NCBI RefSeq assembly: GCF_001194135.2
Contig: NC_068989.1
Coordinates: forward strand, 75,315,287-75,378,984
Source: Octopus bimaculoides
Taxonomy: Eukaryota
Reading direction: 5' to 3'
Length of the DNA: 63,698 nucleotides
The notes under the pieces were generated by a model. That model was given only the letters and a program-made list of their open reading frames with translations. It was not told the DNA's origin and ran no database searches. The position numbers were made by a program, and so were the translations under genes. Shown here one piece after another: positions 1 to 12,508 of the stretch (the first letter of the stretch is position 1; every line of letters begins with the position of its first letter).

Positions 1-82
1 AGATAAAATGAAAAATGAAAATGATACATACATCTTGATAAATTCTTATAAAGATTTTATCCTATATTTAAATTATATAGAT

Positions 83-150
<68 letters not shown>

Positions 151-1510
151 CATGTATTTAATGTTATGCCAGAAACATTGTCTTCAAAGGTATTTAGCAA
201 CTGATCTCAAAGTTAAGAAGGATACTAGAAGTTTAGGCTGTTATAACATAGTTCTATGACTAACCAGCAACATTACTACCAAACAAACACCCACCCACCC
301 ATCACTGCCACCACTGCAGTTGCTAGTACTGTTTGTAACAGTAGTAGTAATAATAATAATAATGTGTGTGTAAATATATATACATATTTATATATATAAA
401 AAAAAAATATATATATACATATATATATATACATAGATATATATTCTTTATAATAATAATAATAATAATAGTATTCGTAGTAATGGTACTAATACACACA
501 GGTAGTAGTAGGAGTAGTAGTAATAATAATAATAGCAGTTGTAGAAGTATCGCAACTAATATTATTAATACTACTCTTTGTACAATATAAAATATGCTGG
601 CTGATGAGAATACATACATACATACAGATTATACACACACACATATACACACGTACACACGTTTCAAGGATGATGTTTCAAATTTCGTTATCTCTTATGT
701 AATCAGTAGATTCAGTCACTGACCACAATAATTAGGGTGTAGGAGGATACTGATGGTGTAGACTCAATAATTATAGTATGTAACGAGCATGATCAAATGA
801 TCCAGTTGCATTGTTAACTTGATGCTCTTGAGGCTCCTATGGTTTCAGTGAGTGCAAATAAAAAAAAAAATATATTCTTACTCTTTTACTTGTTTCAGTC
901 TTTTGACTGTGGCCATGCTGGAGCACCGCCTTTAGTCGACCAACTCGACCCCAGGACTTATTCTTTGGAAGCCTAGTATCGGTCTCTTTTACAGGGACGT
1001 GAACACACCAGCATCGGTTGTCAAGCGATGTTGGGGGTACAAACACAGACACACACACACACTCACACACACACACACACGCACACACACACAAATATAT
1101 ATATATATATATATATATACNNNNNNNNNNNNNNNNNNNNNNNNNNNNNNNNNNNNNNNNNNNNNNNNNNNNNNNNNNNNNNNNNNNNNNNNNNNNNNNN
1201 NNNNNNNNNNNNNNNNNNNNNNNNNNNNNNNNNNNNNNNNNNNNNNNNNNNNNNNNNNNNNNNNNNNNNNNNNNNNNNNNNNNNNNNNNNNNNNNNNNNN
1301 NNNNNNNNNNNNNNNNNNNNNNNNNNNNNNNNNNNNNNNNNNNNNNNNNNNNNNNNNNNNNNNNNNNNNNNNNNNNNNNNNNNNNNNNNNNNNNNNNNNN
1401 NNNNNNNNNNNNNNNNNNNNNNNNNNNNNNNNNNNNNNNNNNNNNNNNNNNNNNNNNNNNNNNNNNNNNNNNNNNNNNNNNNNNNNNNNNNNNNNNNNNN
1501 NNNNNNNNNN

Positions 1511-1541
<31 letters not shown>

Positions 1542-1547
1542 ATTAAA

Positions 1548-1951
1548 GCAGATGTGGCTGTCTGGTTGAGAAGCTTGCTTTTGAACCATGTGGTCTCAGG
1601 TTCAGTCCCACTGTGTGGCATCTTGGGCAAGTGTCTTCTACTACAACCCTGGGGTGACCAAAGCTTTGTAAGTGGAATTGGTTGATGGAAACTGAAAGAA
1701 GCCTGTCTTATATATACTTGTGTGTGTGTGTGTGTATCTTTGAGTTTGTGTTTGTTTCCACCACTGCTTGACAACTGGTGTCGGTTTGTTTGCATTCCTG
1801 CAATGTAGCGGTTTGGCAAAACAGAATGATAGGAAAAGTACAAGGCTTAAAAAAAAAATATATATATAAGTACTGGGATTGATTTGTTTGACTAAGCCCT
1901 TGAAAGTGGTGCCCCAGCATGGCCACAATCTAATGACTGGAACAAGTAAAA
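1548..1951 (+). mobile_element. SINE family A
   Basis: Collinear with 2442-2856; a minus-strand 3' half lies at 875-1120. Confidence 0.8.
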
Positions 1952-2441
1952 GCCTGGAGTAAGAGACATTATCATGACATATCATTTCATGTCATATGAA
2001 CGGATTCATTCACATCTTGAGATTTAATGGCAGCAAGTATATACCAGGCATGGCTTTGTAGTTAGGAAGCACCACCACCACCACCACCACCACCACCACC
2101 ACCACCACTCCCACTACTGCCTTCACCACCACCATTGCCTTCTTCCTCTCCACCATTATCATTGTCATTAGTTTTGCTGATGTAGTTAGTATTTGTGGGG
2201 CTTTAGTCTCTTATAGTGTCTACATTGACTCTGTCCCTCTGTGTGATGTAACGATAGCGGTGGTAGTGGTGGTGGTGGTGGGTATTACAATGATCTCTTA
2301 ACTGATATCATTGACCTTTACACTACACAGGTGTGGTATATCTATTAATCCATTCCCTTTGGTCATTTTCAACAAAAAAATTTGATATTTGTTGACATTT
2401 CATTACTGTCTTAGTGGGGAGGAAGTCTTTTTTTTTTATAT

Positions 2442-2617
2442 AGGCGCAGGAGTGGCTGTGTGGTAAGTAGCTTGCTAACCAACTACATGGTTTCGGGTTC
2501 AGTCCCACTGCATGGCACCTTGGGCAGGTGTCTTCTACTATAGCCTTGGGCCGACCAAAGCCTTGTGAGTGGATTTGGTAGACAGAAACTGAAAGAAGCC
2601 CGTCGTATATATGTATA

Positions 2618-2656
<39 letters not shown>

Positions 2657-2856
2657 ATATGTTTGTGTGTCCGTTTGTCCCCCCAACTTCGCTTGACAAC
2701 CGATGCTGGTGTGTTTACGTCCCCGTAACTTAGCGGTTCGGCAAAAAGAGACCGATAGAATAAGTACTAGGCTTACAAAGAATAAGTCCTGGGGTCAATT
2801 TGCTCGACTTAAGGTGGTGCCCCAGCATAGCCACAGTCAAATGATTGAAACAAGTA
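2442..2856 (+). mobile_element. tRNA-derived SINE family A (CORE-like centre, internal microsatellite), full length
   Basis: A box TGGCTGTGTGGTAAG, B box GGTTCAGTCCC, central ACCTTGGGCA(A/G)GTG, internal (TA)n/(TG)n, and 3' end GACTGAAACAAGTA. Confidence 0.85.
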
Positions 2857-3279
2857 GAGAGAGAGAGAGTGTCCTTACAAAGACATAACTGGCACTCTGG
2901 TGGTTACAGTGACGAGGGTTCAAGTTGATCCAGTCAACAGAACAGCCTGCTTGTGAAATTAAACGTGCAAGTGGCTGATCACTCCATAGACACGCATACC
3001 TCAAAGAGATTCAACATGACACAGAATGTGACAAAGCTGGCCCTTTGAAATACAGGTACTACTCATGTTTGCAATCTGAGTTGACAGGAGCAATGTGAAA
3101 TAAAGTGTCTTGCTCAAGGACACAATGCACTGCTTAGCGGTATTTCGTCTGCTGTTACAGTCTGAGTTCAAATTCCGCCGAGGTCGACTTTGCCTTTCAT
3201 CCTTTTGTGGTACTAGTTACGCACTGGGGTTGATATAATCGACTTAATCCACAAAGGGTCACTGATTATAGATACTTAA

Positions 3280-3605
3280 GTCCTTTGATCCCTATAGTAT
3301 ATAGGCTGTCAATGACTTCTCTCCATTGTTTTTGACTCTAGACTCTCTGGCTAGCATTAAGGCTACTTCCTCAGTCTGGGTGTCATATCCCCGAAGTAAG
3401 GCCTTCCTCTCCCAGATCTCATTGGTTTTGAATTGTCATTGATGCTTCTAACTTTGTGTTTTTCTAGGTGCAGATGTTGGCCCTGTGCAAACCCATTTTT
3501 TATTGCTTTGAAGAAGTAGTCTATATTGGTCTGGCTTCTATCCTTTGAGATGTCGAGCATGGGAGGTCCTACCAGGGGCTTGCACTTTGCTGACATAGCT
3601 TTCAA
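3280..3605 (-). mobile_element. Highly degenerate RTE-like LINE 3' fragment
   Basis: ...KPMRSGRGRPYFG... and spacing resemble an RTE ORF2 C-terminus; frameshifted. Confidence 0.4.
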
Positions 3606-6380
3606 GGGTTACTGAGACACATAAACCACCATGCTGCAACAAGTACCGGACCTTGTGATAGCACTGTTTAAACCTGCTTATTTTGTTGACCATCAAAGTA
3701 TAATCACTCAGCATGGGGTTTGAACTCAGAACTTGGACAAAATAAATTTCTGTATGACATTTTAGTCCAGTACTCCACTGTTTACTGATGACATCTGATT
3801 AATATTAAATAATGTTGATGATGATTGTGGTGGTGGTAGCGGAGGTAGTGGTAGTTGTAGTAGTAGTAGCAGTAGTAGTTAGGGGGCCCCGTGTCAGATT
3901 TCATGAATAAACAATGGAAAAATTACGAAGAAAATATCATGCAAACATTAGTTGCATTGTAACATATAATTTTTTAGTACTGCCAAGAGTATTAGTAAAG
4001 TGAAGTTTTTGGTATCCCTCACTGGTATTTTATATTTTATGATATAATAAATAAGACATTTAAAAGTATTTCGCTGTTGCAAAATGTCAATTATAGTTAG
4101 GGCTTCACAAAGATTTTAGCCTGGTTACAAGAATTTTATATCAAATGGCAACAACAGCTACAAAGATATCAAATGCTTAATATGAATGTTATTTACCAGT
4201 CTTCGTTTGAATAATACCAACATCACAAACATAAATAATGTTTTTTAAATTACACTTCATGAAAAATTTCGTAATTTAATGTTGGTTGTTTGTTAGAAAT
4301 GTAATGGTTGAAATTGCAGCGGATACAAAATGAGGAATGGTAAGGTGGCAAGGTAAAATCTGATCACTGGTACTGTTATGTCCTGGGTCAAGATTGTTGA
4401 CTTGTGACACTTACTATATTTACTTGGTTGTAAGTCGCATCCCTAATTTAGTGTTAAATCTTTTTACCTGTTTTAGTTATTAGACTCTAGCCATGGTGGG
4501 GCACTACCTTGAAGGATTTTTACGTAAATGAATCAAAGTTATTTTTTTTTTTTAAGCCCGGTACTTATCAGTCAGGGTCTTATCAGTACTTATCAGTCTA
4601 GGTTACAGGGACGTAAATAAACCAACACCAGTTGGCAAGCAGTGATGGAGGATAAACACAGACACCAACACAGACACACACACACACACACTTGCATACA
4701 TATACAGTGGGCTTCTTTCAGTTTCTGTCTACCAAATCCATTCACAAGGCTTTGGTCGGCCCAAAGCTATAGCAGAAGACACCTGCCCATAGTGGGTTCA
4801 GTACCACTATACAGTGGGACTGAACCCAGAACCATGTGATTGGGAAGCAAACTTCTTACCATGCAGTCACACCCATTCCTAAATGTGCTTCTAAAACAGT
4901 CTTCAGATCTCCAGTGCAAAATCTTCTATGACAGACTGAATCATCGAATTCCTTGTTTTTCTCTCTTCGGTTTCCAATCTTCAGTGTTTGTTCCATCTTT
5001 AGAGTCTATATCTAGCCATGATTCATCATTTTGAAACATGGTACCGGTACAAATATTCTTACAGTAAAAATNNNNNNNNNNNNNNNNNNNNNNNNNNNNN
5101 NNNNNNNNNNNNNNNNNNNNNNNNNNNNNNNNNNNNNNNNNNNNNNNNNNNNNNNNNNNNNNNNNNNNNNNNNNNNNNNNNNNNNNNNNNNNNNNNNNNN
5201 NNNNNNNNNNNNNNNNNNNNNNNNNNNNNNNNNNNNNNNNNNNNNNNNNNNNNNNNNNNNNNNNNNNNNNNNNNNNNNNNNNNNNNNNNNNNNNNNNNNN
5301 NNNNNNNNNNNNNNNNNNNNNNNNNNNNNNNNNNNNNNNNNNNNNNNNNNNNNNNNNNNNNNNNNNNNNNNNNNNNNNNNNNNNNNNNNNNNNNNNNNNN
5401 NNNNNNNNNNNNNNNNNNNNNNNNNNNNNNNNNNNNNNNNNNNNNNNNNNNNNNNNNNNNNNNNNNNNNNNNNNNNNNNNNNNNNNNNNNNNNNNNNNNN
5501 NNNNNNNNNNNNNNNNNNNNNNNNNNNNNNNNNNNNNNNNNNNNNNNNNNNNNNNNNNNNNNNNNNNNNNNNNNNNNNNNNNNNNNNNNNNNNNNNNNNN
5601 NNNNNNNNNNNNNNNNNNNNNNNNNNNNNNNNNNNNNNNNNNNNNNNNNNNNNNNNNNNNNNNNNNNNNNNNNNNNNNNNNNNNNNNNNNNNNNNNNNNN
5701 NTATATATATATATATATATTCATTCATACGACGGGCTTCTTTCAGTTTCCATCTACCAAATTGACTCACAAGGCTTTGATCGGCCTGAGACTATAGTAG
5801 AAGACACTCGCCCAAGGTGCTACGCAATGGGACTGAACCCGGAACCATGTGGTTTGTAAGCAAGCTACTTACCACACAGTCACTCCTATGCCTACTGGGG
5901 GTCAATCCTATCTTCAAAAGCAGTGCCCCAGCTTGGCCACAGTCTAATAATTGAAACAAGTAAAAAAAATATTAAAAAATTAAATAAAATGACATGATCT
6001 GTTCGTTGATGTTCCAGTACTTTGTCAGATTCATTTTGTCAGTGCAGCTCTTTTTCGAGAATCATTAACCATTTAGCTCAGCTCAGCTGGTCTAACCTTT
6101 ACACTAACACTGTTGCGTTTGAATAAGTAAAGATTATATCTGGTTAAACAGTTCTGTAAGGTTGAGGCTTGGTTAGTCATTTAGGTTAGCCCTCAGAAGC
6201 ATTAACATTATCTCATCATTAATTCTAATGTTTCAAGGATGAAAGGCAAAAGTCATCTTTCTCTTTCTGATGTGAATTGAACCGAAAGACAATTATCAAT
6301 TAACGAGATGTGTTTGACTTGTGAGCATTCTCCCCCCCCCCCGCCATCCCAGGTTCTTTGAATGGAAAAAATAAATAAAT

Positions 6381-6787
6381 ATGTAGCTGTGTGGTAAGAA
6401 ATTTGCTTCTCAATCTCATGGCTCTGAGTTCAATCCCACCGTATGGCACCTTGGGCAAGTGTCTTCTACTATAGCCTCAGGCTGACCAAAGACCTGTGAG
6501 TAGGTTTGGTAGACTGAAACCGAAAGAAGCCTGTCGTATCTATCTGTCTGTCTGCCTGTTTGTCTGTGTGTCCTTGTGTCTGTGTTTGTCACTCACCACT
6601 GCTTGACAACCATTGTTGGTATGTTTATGTCCCCATAACTTAGCAGTTCGGCACAAGTGATCAATAGAATAAGTACTAAGGTTAAAAAAGAAATAAGTCC
6701 TGGAGTTGATTTGTTTGACTAAAGCCATTTAAGGTGGTGCCCCAGCTTGGCCACAGTCAAGTAACTGAAACTAGTAAAAGATAAAAG
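6381..6787 (+). mobile_element. SINE family A
   Basis: Collinear with 2442-2856; a second partial copy follows at about 6880-7146. Confidence 0.8.
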
Positions 6788-7892
6788 ATCTAATGTGTAT
6801 AACATCTTAATTAGTAATATGCTATCAGTTAAATTAATACACTTTTTGATCGGTTGTTGGGTGTACCACCTCAGGATAACCGAAACCTTGTGAGTTGATT
6901 TGGTAGATGGAAACTGAAAGAAGCCTGTCATGTGTGTGTCTGTGTTTGTCTCTCACCACTGCTTGACAAACTGGTGTTGGTGTGTATATGTTGCTGTAAC
7001 TTAGCAGATTGGCAAAATAGACTGATAGGATAAGTATCAGGCTTAAAAAAAACCCCCAAAAACATAGAATAAGTACTGGGGTCAAATTGTGTGACTAAAA
7101 TTCTTGAAGGCAGTGCCCCAGCATGGCCGCAGCCTAATAGCTTTAAACAAGTAAAAGATAAAAGATGCAAAGATAATACAAATAATCCTTTCTAATATAG
7201 GCACAAGGCCTGAAATTTTGAGGGTGGGGGCTAGTCGATTACATTGATCCCCAGTGCGTAACTGGTACTTATTTCGTTGACTCCCGAAAGGATGAAAGGC
7301 AAAGTCAACTTCAGTGGAATTTGAACTCAGAACATAAAGATGGACAAAATGCTTTTCGCCCAGCGTGCTAACAGTTCTGCCAGCTTGCCCCCTTAAAGAT
7401 AATTCAAATGATAATGATGTCTGTCATTGCGTTTTGTCTTGGACGCGGTTCTTTGATAAATATTTAAAACGAGTTTGCTGCCAGACGGCCTTATATCACT
7501 AATATACCCTAACCACTGCAAAGCTGCAAATGTTTTATTTTATTTTATTATTTTTTCAGTAATTAGATATAAATCTATTATTAGCCAAATATCTGTAATT
7601 TCATTGTGTCTCTACATATCTTGTGCATTCCGAAAAAGGTTTGACATATAAAGTCCATATGAGGGTGTACATGTATTAAAATACCATTCTGTACCCCGTT
7701 TTTCTTCTTTTTTTTTTTTTTTTTTCCAATTGGGATATGTCAGCCGAATGATGACTCCATGCAGCAGTAAACAACTTGCTACATAAACCTATAGCATTGG
7801 TCGTAAATAGGAGCATTTGAATTGACTAATTTTCGCATAAGGTCACTTCAGTCTGGATACTATTCTTGGGACTTGTGGTGTCATACAGAAGC

Positions 7893-7926
<34 letters not shown>

Positions 7927-8547
7927 NNNNNNNNNNNNNNNNNNNNNNNNNNNNNNNNNNNNNNNNNNNNNNNNNNNNGTGGTGGTGGTGGTGGTGGTGG
8001 TGGTGGCAGCAGCAGTAGTAGTAATGGTGGTGTAGGTTTTTTCACTATTTGACTTATTTAAAGCCTGGAATTATTTATATGGTAAAGAATTCTGCCGGTG
8101 AACACCACCAAAAGCCAGATTTTGAAGAAATATTATGGCAAGGCATAAGTTTATTTTTAAACATATTTATTTATTGTATGTCAGTCATAGTCAGAGATAA
8201 CATTGCCATTCAATCAATAAATCTTTTGTCTTAAGGCAGCGAGCTGGCAGAAACATTAGCACACCAGACGAAATGCTTAGCAGTATTTCGTTTGTCTTTA
8301 TGTTCTGAGTTCAAATTCTGCTGAGGTCGACTTTGCCTTTCTTCCTTTCAGGGTCGATAAATTTGTGTACTGAGGTGGATCTAATCGACTGGTCCCTCTC
8401 CCTGCAAAATTTCAGGCCTTGTGCTTGTGCTTAGAGTAGAAAAGAATATTGTAGAATTTTGCAAGGCGGCGAGCTGGCAGAAATGTTAGCATGCTGGGTG
8501 AAATGCTTAGCGGTATTTCGTCTGTCTTTATGTTCTGAGTTCAAGTT

Positions 8548-8800
8548 CTTGGAGATATTCAGCGTGACACAGTGTGACAAGGCTGACCCTTTGAAATACA
8601 GGTACAACAGAAACAGAAAGAAAGACTGAGAGAAAGTTGTGATGAAAGAGTACAGCAGGGTTTGCCACCACCCTCTTCCGGAGCCTCATGGAGCTTTAGG
8701 TGTTTTCGCTCAATAAACACTCACCACGCCTGGTCTGGGAATCGAAACCGCGATCCTATGACCGTGAGTCCGCTGCCCTAACCACTGGGCCATTGCGCCT
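8548..8800 (-). mobile_element. SINE family C, 5' two-thirds
   Basis: Matches 48420-48670. Other partial copies at about 2870-3060 and 26950-27070. Confidence 0.8.
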
Positions 8801-9427
8801 CTCTTCAGTCATGACAGAAGGATTATTAGCCAGCAAACTACATAGTCTCTGTGTTAATGCCGTGTATCCTATGCCTGCTGTCTCACTGATTTTTGATGAC
8901 CGACCGAGTGGGTCACAAACTGAGTGAACCATGACTGTTGGTTTACACTTTAGCCGTTTTGATTGAAATTTTTTAACTGATACCTTGAGTGTAAAATGTT
9001 CTTTCATAACACTTCTAAGAATAGAAACAATTGCTTTGTTTCATATGGTAGTTATAACTCTTGTCTATAGCATAATAGCATAATGGAATTAAGTGGTGCC
9101 TTCTAACTTGGTACTACATATTTTAAGTGTTATTTACCAAAGATGACACTTATGTCTGCACACACTAGTACACACTGTATACGATTACTTGAAGAGGTGA
9201 AGTTGCTGGGTGTCTTGACATCTTAAACAGATGTGAAACTTATGAAGATGCTTTCTTTTATAATGTGCATCATTAGAGTCATTGTCTGAGAAATATCTAA
9301 ACCTTCCATTGTTACATTTCTGCTGAAATAGACTGCCCTTGTTTCATATAATTTTGAAAATAATAAATAACTCTGAAAGATTGCATGCTATTATTATTAT
9401 TATTATTATCATCACTAGCAAGAATAA

Positions 9428-9762
9428 GGCAGTGAGCTGGCAGAATCATTAGCATTGCCAAGCAAAATGCTTAGCGGTATTTCGTCTGCCGCTACATTCT
9501 GAGTTCAAATTCCGCCGAGGTCAACTTTGCCTTTCATCCTTTCGGGGGTCAATTAAATAAGTACCAGTTATGCACTGGGGTCAGTATAATCGACTTAACC
9601 CGTTTGTCTGTCCTTGTTTGTCCCCTCTGTGTGTAGCCCCTTGTGGGCAGTAAAGAAATGGGTATTTCACATGTTTTTATGTTCTTAGTTCAAATGCTGC
9701 CGAGGTTGACTTTGCCTTTCATCTTTTCGAGGTTGATAAAATAACTACCAGCCAAGTACTGC
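9428..9762 (+). mobile_element. SINE family B (monomer fused to part of a second copy)
   Basis: Family consensus. Other copies at about 3135-3250, 7187-7395, 8235-8550, 9935-10215, 13496-13920, 18540-18765, 18905-19080, 30296-30508 and 37505-37590. Confidence 0.8.
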
Positions 9763-10271
9763 NNNNNNNNNNNNNNNNNNNNNNNNNNNNNNNNNNNNNN
9801 NNNNNNNNNNNNNNNNNNNNNNNNNNNNNNNNNNNNNNNNNNNNNNNNNNNNNNNNNNNNNNNNNNNNNNNNNNNNNNNNNNNNNNNNNNNNNNNNNNNN
9901 NNNNNNNNNNNNNNNNNNNNNGGGGGGGGGGGGGGTCGATGTAATTATCACCTCCCTGAACTTGCTGGCCTTGTGCCAAAATTTCAAACTAGCAGGAATA
10001 AAGTTTTGAGTTGGCTGAACTGTTAGCATGCTGGGCAAAATGCTCAGCAGCATTTTGTCTGTCTTCATGTTCCGAGTTCAAATTCTGCTATGGTTGACTG
10101 CCTTTCTTCCTTTTGGAGTCAATTAAACATGTACCAGTTAAACACTGGGGTTGATATAATTGACTTCCTCCTCTCTTCCAAAATTGCTGACTCTGTGCCA
10201 AAATTTGCAACCATTATTACAATGGGGTTTGGAGCATAGATTAGCATTAAATTTTGATGGAAGGTTTTTAA

Positions 10272-10497
10272 CCCTTTTACATTTGAACCAGTCATATCCG
10301 GCCCAAATATTCTACCACTTTTACGTCCAAACTGGCCATATCAAACCTTTCACATCTACCCTACAATGTCATTCTAAAGAAAAAAAAAAATCAACTACAT
10401 CACAAAATCTCAAAGTTACAAGATAATGCATGTTTAATTCAAAATAATGTGAATAAATAAGGATTACATTTGATAGAGTAATCTGAATCCTAAAGAG
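10272..10497. mobile_element. piggyBac-like MITE, second family
   Basis: TTAA|CCCTTTTAC ... TAAAGAG|TTAA with degenerate TIRs. An opposite-orientation relative lies at 37992-38204. Confidence 0.55.
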
Positions 10498-10734
10498 TTA
10501 ATATAGATCATTTCAAAATGGGAAGTTTTTATCATAGAATTAAAGATGGTCTCTGGTAGTAAAAGGGTGCTCCGGCATGGCTGCATTCAAATAACTGAAA
10601 CAAGTAAAAGAATAAAAAGAACATATATATATATATATATATATAGTAATAATAACAACAATAATCCTTGGATAGAATTTATAGATATTTTAATGCATCG
10701 CTATGTGTCTTTCCACAAATCACATGTCTCTTAA

Positions 10735-10960
10735 CCCTTTTGATACCAACCCAGCTGAAACCACCTCTGGCTCTATATATCTAAGTGTCATGTTTTCATA
10801 AGTTTTGAATTAAAATCTTTCACCAAACCTTGATCACAATTTATGTTCCTAACACTAGCTTAATGATAACTAAGTTATTTTACTAAATTCTTTGTTATAT
10901 TTAAATTAATTAATTGAAAGAAACACAGAGCATCTCAGAATAAATGTGGTAACAAAAAGG
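10735..10960. mobile_element. piggyBac-like MITE
   Basis: TTAA|CCCTTTTGATACC ... GGTAACAAAAAGG|TTAA. Related decayed sequence near 45730-45900 and 50600-50720. Confidence 0.75.
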
Positions 10961-11230
10961 TTAAGATCTTCCAAGGATTATTGTTATTATTACTATATTT
11001 ATCCTACATTATATTGGTACAGCTAGATGCAACTTCAAAAAACTGGTTCATCAGTCAACACCATTAGACTGTGGCTGGCATAATGGAATAGGAACTTTAT
11101 TTGTATATTAAAAACGTTTCCCATAAACAAATTAAAAAGATTTAAAACATTATATATATNNNNNNNNNNNNNNNNNNNNNNNNNNNNNNNNNNNNNNNNN
11201 NNNNNNNNNNNNNNNNNNNNNNNNTATATA

Positions 11231-11860
11231 CAGGGTGCGGTGAATAAACTGTTTAAGTTACGCAAAAATGAAAATAACACTGGCATCTCATTTTAACAGA
11301 TATATTTACCAAAATTACATAAAAATATCTTGGAATACTAAAGAGTAAATTTATTCAATAAAACCATCATTGGCTTCAGCCACAGCCTCCAGACGACTTC
11401 AGAATCTCCTGCAACTCTTCTGGATGGTCTCCTTGTTTAAGTTAGTGAATGCTGCCATAATACATGCCTTCATTTCATCTTTGATCTTATAAGGAGTTTT
11501 GTTGGTCTCTCGCTCAACTGTGCCCCACATATAATAATGAAAGGGGTTGCAGTCTGAGGAGTTAGGTGGCCAGATGTTACAGGTGATGTGGTTACAGAAA
11601 TTGTCTGACAGCCATGACTGGGTCCTCTTGCTTGTGTGGCATGATTTAGAGTCCTGTTGCCAGACATAGGGCCTTCCAGTGGCCACCCTCTAGACCCAGA
11701 GCAGCACTACCTCTTCCAAGCACTTGGTGTAGGCTTCTGTGTTGAGTCTGAGGCCATGTGGGAAGATGAATGGAGACATAACGTAGCCATCATTAGTGAT
11801 CACTCCAAACACGATGATGTTGACTGGATGTTTGGTTTTTATCACTCTTGGTACATGTTT
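11231..11860 (-). mobile_element. Decayed Tc1/mariner transposon, DD37D (maT) type; C-terminal transposase plus one TIR
   Basis: Translation KTKHPVNIIVFGV...RVATGRPYVWQQDSKSCH...WPPNSSDCNPFHY...RRF*SRLEAVAEANDGFIE*. There are 37 residues from the QQD Asp to the (mutated) third catalytic position, and two internal stops. The terminus is TA|CAGGGTG at 11229-11237. Confidence 0.88.
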
Positions 11861-12004
11861 TCAGATTGCACTGTCTTCAGATTCTGAAATGTTCATATTG
11901 GAGTTTCCGGTGTGAATGCCAAGTGGTACAGCATGTCGTTTTCAAATTTCTGGCAGAGTGAATTGCATCATGGTGCTGTTTTTCTCATATATATATATAT
12001 ATAT

Positions 12005-12352
12005 TCTTTTACTCTGTTACTTGTGTCAGTCACTTGACTGCGGCCATGCTGGAGCACTGCCTTTAGTCGAACAAATCAACTCCAGGACTTATTCTTTGTA
12101 AGCCTAATACTTATCCTATTGGTCACTTTTGCTGAACTGCTAAACCAACATCGGTTGTCAAGCGATGGTGGGGGGACAGACACACACACACACACATATA
12201 CGACGGGCTTCTTCCAGCTTCCATTTACCAAATCCACTCATAAGGCTTTGGTCGGTGTGAGGCTATAGTAGAAGACACTTGCCTAAGGTGCCACACAGTG
12301 GGACTGAACCTGGAACCATGTGGTTGGTAAGCAAGCTACTTAGCACACAGCC
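12005..12352 (-). mobile_element. SINE family A
   Basis: Reverse complement of the family consensus; another copy at about 12965-13330. Confidence 0.8.
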
Positions 12353-12451
12353 TCTCATATATATATATATATATATATATTTTATTAAAATGTCTGAGTG
12401 CCAGTAAGTCTTGCAGGTATGTGTATTGTCTGAGTGCATTTATGCTTTGCT

Positions 12452-12508
<57 letters not shown>

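Noticed and set aside
3885-4380. Possible hAT transposase remnant
   Set aside because: No convincing motif, TIR pair or TSD was found.
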